Shown one piece after another: positions 1 through 8,026 of a stretch of DNA of 11,398 nucleotides. Position 1 is the first letter of the stretch. Each line of letters opens with the position of its first letter. Under the pieces are notes generated by a model that saw nothing but the letters and a program-made list of their open reading frames with translations, did not search any database and was not told the DNA's origin. A program made the translations under genes and the position numbers. Source of the stretch: Paraphysomonas bandaiensis. Taxonomy: Eukaryota > Protista > Chrysophyceae. The stretch spans positions 1 through 11,398 of the forward strand of contig CBFFRP010000006.1 of NCBI GenBank assembly GCA_965644295.1, written 5' to 3'.

Positions 1-602
1 GTGTGTGGTTCAGTATATAAAGTTGAGTCTTGAGTTGCTGGAAATGCTACGTCATCTATATAACTCCATGTTGTTCCATCATCGGAACCAAGGATATAAC
101 AAGCTTTCATTGTTCTTTCCTGTTGTGTGCTTCTTTCTTGTGTTGATATAGATGTCAATCGCATCTTAAAAGGAAATTGTATTTGCACCCATTCCCCATC
201 TATGGAGTGTGACGCATCATACATTGTTGAGAAGTAATAATCTGTTCCATTACTTCCTATATAATTGCCGGTTGTTCCATCATAAGCTTCACCAGATGGC
301 ATCGCATAAAGAACACCGTCTCTATAATTGTCTATACCATTCGGGCCCGTGTTATTTCTGTTATTGCCCCAGAAAGTCTCGTCACTATCATCAAATAATA
401 AGTTACATGAATTTAAAGGATCTACCGTCCTGTACTTACCATATGAAGAGCATTTCAAATTGTAGTCTCCGTTTGCATATGCGGTTGGACCACTGCCCGC
501 GGAATAAGTTTTCGTCATATGAGTATCAAATATATCTTGACCGTCAAAAACCGATCTCAAACCCGTGAAATCATTTGGGAATGTCACATCAGATTGATAC
601 AT
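1..602 (-). CDS. Partial (3' end off-window) intronless ORF with an F5/8 type C / discoidin-like domain, resembling giant-virus or Polinton-like-virus proteins; probable true start at 681 via a +1 frameshift
   Basis: Manual translation gives 200 stop-free codons from ATG 602 to the window edge: MYQSDVTFPNDFTG...TAYANGDYNLKCSSYG...LFDDSDETFWG...YDGTTGNYIGSNG...IDGEWVQIQFPFKMRLTSIS...YILGSDDGTTWSYID. GEWVQIQFP (197-171) and ILGSDDGTTW (95-66) match the discoidin-like EWxQI..P / GSxDG..W pattern. It is absent from the ORF track, presumably because it has no stop in the window. Confidence 0.8.
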   Translation of the reverse strand, partial: MYQSDVTFPNDFTGLRSVFDGQDIFDTHMTKTYSAGSGPTAYANGDYNLKCSSYGKYRTVDPLNSCNLLFDDSDETFWGNNRNNTGPNGIDNYRDGVLYAMPSGEAYDGTTGNYIGSNGTDYYFSTMYDASHSIDGEWVQIQFPFKMRLTSISTQERSTQQERTMKACYILGSDDGTTWSYIDDVAFPATQDSTLYTEPH

Positions 603-718
603 ACATGGTGTTGGTGAGTGCGGGTGGGCTTTGGTGGGGGCGGGTTATATAGCTATTGATAAGTGAGAGTGAGCTCAACATTTTTTTGTTATTACATATG
701 GGGTCAGAAAGAGCGATT

Positions 719-728
719 CTGATTGGCT
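719..728 (-). promoter_or_regulatory. CCAAT box (AGCCAATCAG) upstream of the viral-like ORF
   Basis: The plus strand reads ctgattggct, which is AGCCAATCAG on the minus strand and fits the NF-Y consensus. It lies about 40 nt upstream of ATG 681. Confidence 0.45.
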
Positions 729-824
729 GAAAAAAACACATATATTTGAAATGAATTAAAACTTTTCAAAAATTTTTGTGTGTTTTTTGAAAAAAAACTT
801 CTACGGCAATCAATTTAGGAGGGC

Positions 825-874
825 TCGGGCATCAAAATAAATATATACTGTGTATATTCAATTCCGACGCCCGA
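825..874 (-). other. 50-nt imperfect hairpin
   Basis: On the minus strand, TCGGGCGTCGGAAT pairs with ATTTTGATGCCCGA (14 bp including 3 G-U), with an inner stem ATATAC/GTATAT around an ACA loop. Confidence 0.6.
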
Positions 875-1263
875 ATAAAAAAATAAATATCTTCTCTTGT
901 CCCCAATTGGAGAAATGGACTAGTCAACCATGCGGCCTGGTCCACGGCGATCTAGGGTAAGAAAAGGATGGTGGTCAAATGAGTTATGTATGGGAATACT
1001 GTACTACAGTTGTATTTAGGAATACGGGTGGGGGGTGCCCCATTCTGAGCGCGTACTTAGGTAGATTCGGATGGGGGTCGGGTGGGTACCTAACTAATAC
1101 TTGATTTAAGTCCCATACGTTATTTGCTAGCTACCTACTGAACCCAACTAGCTACATCATTATCACATGGTATTCAGCGCTGAATATGCAGTGAGACCCC
1201 GGGTGGGGTAGTGCTGAACTAAGCAATGTGTACATAGGTAGAGGGGAGCAATCGCAGCAGCAC

Positions 1264-1410
1264 TCAGCCGCACCCACTAGGGGGCCGCACGCAGTAATTA
1301 GTTACGCTGTCAATATGGGGCAGCACTTGTCTTCGCAAGGTTTCTATTTCTCTCTCCAGTTCATCCAGTGAGTCCACACCGATACGATCCAGAATAGCTT
1401 GAATCGTCAT
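1264..1410 (-). CDS. Small ORF or first exon, 48 aa, with a short coiled-coil-like segment; function unknown
   Basis: MTIQAILDRIGVDSLDELEREIETLRRQVLPHIDSVTNYCVRPPSGCG*. The LDELEREIETLRRQV segment has heptad-like spacing, and there is a possible donor (GTAACT) after IDS. Confidence 0.35.
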   Translation of the reverse strand: MTIQAILDRIGVDSLDELEREIETLRRQVLPHIDSVTNYCVRPPSGCG

Positions 1411-1877
1411 CGTGCTGCTCTCTTGTGATTAGTAGTGAATATGAATACTGTAGAGTGAATCAATGCTCTGCTGGTAGTGTGTGCTGCTGTATATATGTAT
1501 ATGCCATATATCGGATATGGATATATGGGTATGTGTGGTCCGCTTCCAGGATATTTCCCGGCAGTGGTCAGTGTAGGATACCACACAGTACCAAATAAGA
1601 CCCACCCTCAGAGGAGTTTTTCTGACCCTTGTCCAATGTCGTCAAAATGTTTTTTTGGTGGGACCATCAAAGTTCAGAAAAGTGGCTGACTGGACCGCTT
1701 TGTCAAAAAACTCCTTCATGGGATACGGCGGTATGCGGCTAGTGGCGGAAAAGAAAACTGTAGCAGTTTTTTTGAGTCATTTGCCCATTCCAGACACCGT
1801 ATTCCACACACTTTCATAGGTTAAGGTCCCCTCCATATGTCAATCATATGCTCCAACATTGAGACATACCACATAAA

Positions 1878-2345
1878 CACACTGGGTTACCAATAGAACA
1901 TGCTATTCTGGAGGTGTGGAGTCCAACTTTCACAAGTTTTGGTGGAAATTTGATTGTAAGATTGCAATTGTTATCCTGCATCAAAATTCACAGTTTATGG
2001 AGAGCTCCTGAACTCACTGTGAGGTACATAGCAGAGACCAGTTGCTGATAACAATGTTGTGATTGCAAAGATGAGATCATGAGTTCTTATTCTGGATTCA
2101 TTGATAAACGGTCAAGAAATATGCACAGGTCACTGAAGGAGGATCTGTCCCTAATTGCGCCTTCCTTGTTGCACTTAATGATCCCACATGTCCCCAAATT
2201 CAAAGAATCGTATTATTCTTAATATTTGAGTGATATGAAATCATGATATTGACATTCATCTCTTATTTTGTTGGAATTATGTTCTTTCATTGACTGAGCT
2301 CTATATGCGGTATTGACACCATGGTCCCAAACCCCTTCCAACCAC
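1878..2345 (+). pseudogene. Possible decayed PIF/Harbinger (IS5-like) transposase N-terminal relic
   Basis: Motifs appear in the expected order: HTGLP (1878-1892), RDQLLITML*L...EFLFWIH**TVKKY (2033-2122, resembling the HTH_Tnp_4 pattern DQLLxxLxxL...FGIxxxTV), then GIDT..VP (2309-2329). Multiple stops and frameshifts are present. Confidence 0.35.
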
Positions 2346-3122
2346 GGGTGTAGTAGTCCTATTTTGCAGTGAATTTAACCTCAATGACTGTTTATGATAC
2401 TGTTATAATGGTTTGATTCATGTAAGTATGCTTTGATGAAATATTAAGGCCATATTGGATGAGTTGCTACTTTGCAAAGCAATATAGTACGCACTTATGT
2501 CACTTGTAACGAAATGTCGTATGATATGATATCAACCCTACCCAATCAAATTGGATGTTTATAGTGAGTTATTATAAATAATTTAACTTCATTTTCTTGT
2601 TCAGATTAATATGTCTTTCACTGTTGGTCTGGAAATACGATTATATGTAGATAAATTATGCGAGTTTATAGAGATATTTATGCGAGTTGTGACCGTATGA
2701 AACTGACAGACAACATTTATAGCGATATGCAGAATGCGTAACCCCTTTACTATTCATCCTTAGATAGTGTGCCTTCTTTATATGTGCAACAAGCTTCTGT
2801 AATTTACGATTCCAATGACTTCTACTTCTACTACACTGTTACATATCATCTGATAACCTCACCCACAACCTATATATATTGTTGTTATCCTGACCGTTTA
2901 GTTGATATTTGTGGTTTAAAAATAGCCTTCTTGTTCTAACCATTATACTCTATACGACACCGACTTAACTAGTCAATTGTATCTCATGATTAATGCTGTT
3001 CACATGTGACGTATTTTCCATAATAGCTGGTATTTAAAATTGAAAGTGACACTCTTGTGACGTTATTGTATCTGCTAGCGTTATTTGATAGTACTCCCTT
3101 ATTTAGTAGGAATCTATTATTT

Positions 3123-3240
3123 AACCTAGTCAAATTGGTTGAATTACCTTCTCACACCAAAATTGGTAAAAAAACCTAGTCATTTAATAATTCGTATTTT
3201 CAGTTTACAATGACTAGGTGGACAAAAGTACCTAGTCAAA
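3123..3240. repeat. Cluster of ACCTAGTCA direct and inverted motifs, probably subterminal repeats of a DNA transposon end
   Basis: ACCTAGTCA at 3124-3132, 3174-3182 and 3230-3238, and its reverse complement TGACTAGGT at 3211-3219. Confidence 0.65.
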
Positions 3241-3254
3241 AATAAAAAATTTCA

Positions 3255-4313
3255 CTCAAACATGGGAGCATACTCAAGCCATCAATTACTGAAAATACAA
3301 CCATTGTACACATGCAATACAACACATTTAATCTTCGCAATCAAACGAGAATTGGGCAGTTTCCCAATATATATTGCGATCCGATATCACTTTATTCGAG
3401 AACACATATTACCGAAAACCTAATAACTGTTGATCACATATCGACCATGTTAATGTTAGCCGCTCTACTCACAAAACCACTAGGACGTTTTATCTTCTTT
3501 AAATATATTGAAAGTCTTATTATTAGCAATAGACGTTAAGAATCAGCACCAGATTAGTAGCTAGATGAAAACTAGTCAAGCTAGATAGTAGACGTCTACC
3601 TGTAACTAACTGGTACAAACTCTATTATCCTACTATTTAACGCTACGAACTACATTGGTGGAAGGAGCTGAGTTTGACACCCCATCCAGCAATAATAGAA
3701 AGCGATCAACAACCTCAGAGTTACTCAAATCAATCTACAAACGACCTAGGTGGCTAGCTTGAGTTACACGGAAATTTTTTCATTGTAATGATGGACTAAG
3801 AGGATGGTATCGAAATACAGCATCTCTACAGTTCGCTCATTAACTAGTGAGTGCTACCTTAGTTTTTATTCTCAGTGTTAATATAGTATATATATTCTAT
3901 GTCCTCTATAATCTAAAGTTTATTGATTATTTCATTGATGGGGAGTATTAGGATTCATCTTAAATATAAGATAGTATAGGTGAATTTTATTGTTATGTGA
4001 ATTATATTGTTCAATGAAATATATCACAAACACAAACTGAATAATGAGAGTATTTGTTGAGGATTCATTAAGCTCTCATCGGTGACGCCATTCAAAATTA
4101 CTTGAAGTATGGAGTGAGAATACCACCAGGATTAGTACGGTCCGCGGAAGAGGAGATGTCTCTTCTGTACGCTGTACAGGAAGCGTTACTCATTGATGAC
4201 ATTCAAAATGAAAAGATATGGTTCATATTGGCGGTATGAATAAATATATTCCGGTTCGTAAGTTCCACCATACACCATAGAATATACTTTAGTTCATTTA
4301 AAATAACTTATCA
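3255..4313 (+). mobile_element. 3' remnant of a Ty1/copia LTR retrotransposon (RNase H, PPT, candidate 3' LTR)
   Basis: The RNase H relic is followed by a PPT-like GATGGGGAG (3937-3945) directly abutting TATTAGG, which resembles a decayed GGGGAG|TGTTAG junction. Downstream are a TATA-like tract, AATAAA (4239-4244) and candidate ...CA ends (4296 or 4313). Boundaries are approximate. Confidence 0.55.
3290..3539 (+). pseudogene. Ty1/copia retrotransposon RNase H C-terminus, frameshifted
   Basis: YIAIRYHFIREHI (3370-3408) is followed, after a frameshift near 3406-3410, by ITENLITVDHISTMLMLAALLTKPLGRFIF...*. This matches the copia RNase H signature HIDIRYHFIRE...ADxLTKPL, with the conserved Asp mutated to Ala. 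Confidence 0.85.
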
Positions 4314-4610
4314 TAATTACTGTTTGCTGGTTTTCATTACCTCGAATATATGGTATTAGCCACAGTTGTCGACGTGATATAAAGTTGTCTGTGGGTATAA
4401 TCCATCCTGAATAACGTGTGGAAGTTTTAAATCTAAGAACTATTAATCTTGTTGACGTTATTTCAGCTTTTGATATTATATCCAAAACTGAATCAATATA
4501 AAATAGCACGATAATATCAATCCACAAACACACTTAATGCCAAAATATTGCACTCTAAATTACAAACATCTAAATCTAACTATTACTGTAAAGCTATTGG
4601 GATTTCACTA

Positions 4611-5174
4611 TCATATCGACGCGAGCCGTTGGGATCTACCACTATCATGGTTGAAACTTGTACTTCGATTTACAACAGACCTCGTTTCCTCTGGAATGCT
4701 CATTAGACTAGTATCTGGCATAGAATCAGCTCGAAATCGCTTAGGAGTCATCGGGACTGGAAATCTATTCACACTAGCACCGGAGTGGGATCTATCGGCG
4801 TTTTGCTCATCCATAGTGGAGCATATCAGGCACTCTTTGGCAACACTCCCGCCATTTCGCTGTCTTTCCCATCTGCATAGAGTGACGTGATGAAGGAGCT
4901 TTTTAGTCTGAAAGCATCCATCTATGGGACAATTCTGCTTCGCATTACATGCTATACAATGTTGGTACAGCAATTTCGCTTTCTTGCATATGGCGGGATT
5001 GCTACAATCTCCGCGACACTCGAGCGAGTGGACCATCAGTCTCAGATACCGTCCAGCTTTTCGTGCCTTTTCAATCTTATCCTTTTCTTCTGTCTGATAC
5101 TGCTGTCGCGAAAGAATGCGCTCAGCTTCATGTTTAAAATCTTGAGTAGTCGGACAAACATCAGTCTGAGACAT
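4611..5174 (-). CDS. Stand-alone TAZ-type zinc finger protein (187 aa)
   Basis: Three HxxxC..C..C zinc sites: H49-C53-C57-C63, H72-C76-C82-C87 and H96-C100-C115-C118, preceded by the TAZ-typical LRLMVH helix. The C-terminal tail is Ser/Arg-rich. Confidence 0.9.
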   Translation of the reverse strand: MSQTDVCPTTQDFKHEAERILSRQQYQTEEKDKIEKARKAGRYLRLMVHSLECRGDCSNPAICKKAKLLYQHCIACNAKQNCPIDGCFQTKKLLHHVTLCRWERQRNGGSVAKECLICSTMDEQNADRSHSGASVNRFPVPMTPKRFRADSMPDTSLMSIPEETRSVVNRSTSFNHDSGRSQRLASI

Positions 5175-7077
5175 CTAACGAACACTTGCGCTTAACGAGA
5201 GGCTCCACATTAATTATATAGCATTGACGCCCACAAAATAGTGTAGGAATGTATCATCTAACTGTAGCAGGATAGTCAAGTGGTTACCAAAAGTGGTGGC
5301 CGCACCAGCTCTGCTGTGAAAATATCTTCTGTGTCTGCTCTTCGTCATTCTATTAACTCGGAGCCACCCAATCATCATTCTAGATTTCGTGGAATTACTG
5401 GAGGAGGGGCAATTTTTTGGGATATTTTGATGGTTTCAATGGAAATGTGGTGGGATTTTTCAGATTAAAAATTCACAATATAGCCCACAAAAATGAGCGA
5501 AAACCAGACCATTTTGTACGAAAGCCAGTGTATCTACACTGCACTGCTGGGCATACAAGATCCGTGAGGTGATATAGCTGGTATATACGGCTTGTGGGAT
5601 GGGCGTGTTTCGACAGTTGCTTATTGTGCTGGTGTCTGTATGACGCCTTATGATATGAGATATGAGGCGTAGACCCTCCCTGTATCATACGGGCATGTAA
5701 GCGCTGAGGTGTGGAGCATGAGGTCGAGAGGTGGGTGTATCTCTGGTGCCCTGATGATGCTACACGACAAACCGTTACGATACACTGTGCATAGTGTGTC
5801 TGTTTCGAGGTAGACAATTTCAAAAGAAAACTGGCACATTGTCGTCATTTGAAGCCTACACTGAGCGCATGGCGAAGTGTTTTGAGCTGGACACATTTCT
5901 GATCAAGTTATCTGAAATATGGATGTAGAAGCAAGTGTAGTGAGATTTCTCTGAGTGTGATCAAGTTATTTCTTTTGGTATACAATCGTTCCTATCAGTA
6001 GAGAATAATCTTAATGCCGGTTACAGGGCAGACACGTTCTACAATTATCACTTCAAACCTATTAATTTTAATGTAATACCATTCATCAGGTCAGCTACAA
6101 TTGAGTAGGGTTGGGGAAATTCAATATATAAATTTCGACATGTCTTAGTAGAGGTAAGCTTGAATGAATCAATAGCTAATAAATTGACGTAATAGTATGA
6201 AGTTTTCAAAAACAGATATAATAGAATTCGTTAAACTAAGCACGTGCAGTAGTGAGTTGTGAATATTCAACACATAACAATCCATTAATCCACTGAAACG
6301 AGCATATGTTATTGTCCCGTGATTGACATGAAGTTAGCAGCAAAAACAAGCATATCTGATCAAGCAAAGGTGATATATATCTATGTCTAGTAAAGGCAAG
6401 GGATAGGAAATACTATTGTTTGATAGTGTCTCGTTAACAATTAATAATATTGCAGCATTAAATTAGTGACTCAATACTATTGCAATGTATTAGTAGCTTT
6501 AATCATAAATTTTATATATTGTAATAGCAGCTGACTGAATAATTTCCTCCGCACAACCAATATCAGCTTCATGTTCCCTAGCTCCAATAAAGACTACTTA
6601 TTGGCAGTAGTATTATAATAACTTCTTGTCACAACTAGCTAAAATAAAATGATCAACTGCCAACACACTGCAATTTACTTATTTGTAACAAATGCTGCTT
6701 CAAACAATAAATTCCCAAATTATTTATTTATTTGATATCGGAAATAAAAACAATTGTAATCGAATACATAAAAATTTTCAGCTGCGTGTCGCGTCATTGC
6801 AACTATAATGGTATCATATATCAACATGTTATTATGATACACAGAAATACATAAAAGACAATCACTTGTACACTCTCTAACCAGCGTAGTTGCATGATTG
6901 CGCAGCAGGGCCAAATATATATATTATGACTTCTTGCGTATGATGTTACTCCAGATACCAAGATGTTTTATGCCTCTGATACCCTCATGCTCACTGGTTA
7001 GCAATTGAAAACTGTATTTCTAAGGATTTGAATTATAGCCCTTTCTGAATTATATTGATTGTATGATATCGTGTCTA

Positions 7078-7702
7078 AAAGTCGAGGTAATACCAAAACC
7101 TGGGTTTTGATGTAAAACCTGGTGAAATTTTTGGTGATGGTCGGAAAAGGGTATAACTATGCACAATAAGTAACTATGAAGTTAATAACAGTTTGAAAAG
7201 TATTATTTATAATATTTTTTACTAATTTCTTCCATATTACTTCAGTTTTACAGCAATAAAAGTCACCGACTACACACATATATTATACAGTTCAAGCTAT
7301 TGCGTCAAGCATAATATAAAGCTATTCTTTGTACGATACCCCACTACTACGTCGACGTTTTCCGGTCACAACATTCTCAGATGAGAGAGCGCCTTGATCC
7401 ACCCATTCTGTTGTAGGCTCTGTCACTATTTCCCATTGCTGTTTTTTAGTCCTTTTCTTTGACGAAGTTACTGTATAATATATAATATATATATGCAGTT
7501 ATATGAGAATATGATACTACAAAACACAAGTCGTGGCAGGGCCAACTTGTAACGCAATAAATATTGCTAATAACAACTATAATTGCAACTTTTTCTTTAT
7601 CTTTAACCTCTCAGATACAAATTACAGTAAAATAATAACTCAATACTTAGATATGAAACCTGGTGAAATCGCTTTACCAGGTATTGGAATTACCTCGACT
7701 TT
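7078..7702. mobile_element. Non-autonomous TIR-type element (may extend to about 8032)
   Basis: 7078-7103 (AAAGTCGAGGTAATACCAAAACCTGG) and 7677-7702 (CCAGGTATTGGAATTACCTCGACTTT) are inverted repeats matching at 24/26. Internal AAACCTGGTGAAAT motifs occur at 7115 and 7656, with another copy at 7994. No clear target-site duplication was found. Confidence 0.6.
7322..7470 (-). pseudogene. Orphan terminal exon (48 aa plus stop) with basic/NLS-like and VSYKE motifs
   Basis: After an AT-rich tract and CAG acceptor (7473-7471) it reads TSSKKRTKKQQWEIVTEPTTEWVDQGALSSENVVTGKRRRSSGVSYKE*. It is visibly more GC-rich than its flanks. Confidence 0.55.
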
Positions 7703-7988
7703 AAGGTCGAAGTAGTATTGGTAGGTAGCAGTGTGATAACTGCAATGTAGTGGATAACAATAAACAGCGCTGCGCATAACGATAAATTGGCACAGGTTGC
7801 AGTAGTCAACTACAGATGTATATATTACCACTTGCCATCACTTTTTAAAAATATAAAATATGATTTGACAATATATATTATTAACATTAACATGTCAATA
7901 TTATGATTGACAACTAAATTATAATTAACATTAACATAGACTTCAAATGAGTACTACTTATATGAAACTTTTCCATATATATTATATT

Positions 7989-8026
7989 ATATGAAACCTG
8001 GTGAAATCACTTTTTACCAGGTTTCA
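7989..8026. repeat. Hairpin repeat, a direct copy of 7651-7682
   Basis: ATATGAAACCTGGTGAAATC is identical at 7651-7670 and 7989-8008. TGAAACCTGGT (7992-8002) pairs perfectly with ACCAGGTTTCA (8016-8026). Confidence 0.8.

Noticed and set aside
209-568. 119-aa plus-strand ORF
   Set aside because: Antisense shadow of the discoidin-like ORF, with implausible composition.
4072-4239. Plus-strand open frame ALIGDAIQNYLKYG...WFILAV*
   Set aside because: No start context or recognisable family, and it lies inside the candidate LTR.
4537-5195. Plus-strand ORFs of 117, 102 and 62 aa
   Set aside because: Antisense to the TAZ gene.
5473-5896. Overlapping minus-strand ORFs of 116 and 82 aa
   Set aside because: No recognisable motifs, and no frame is convincingly coding.
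6250-6600. Integrase-like words (LVSVD; AREHEADI) on the minus strand
   Set aside because: They are in the wrong order for a single integrase and too short to trust.
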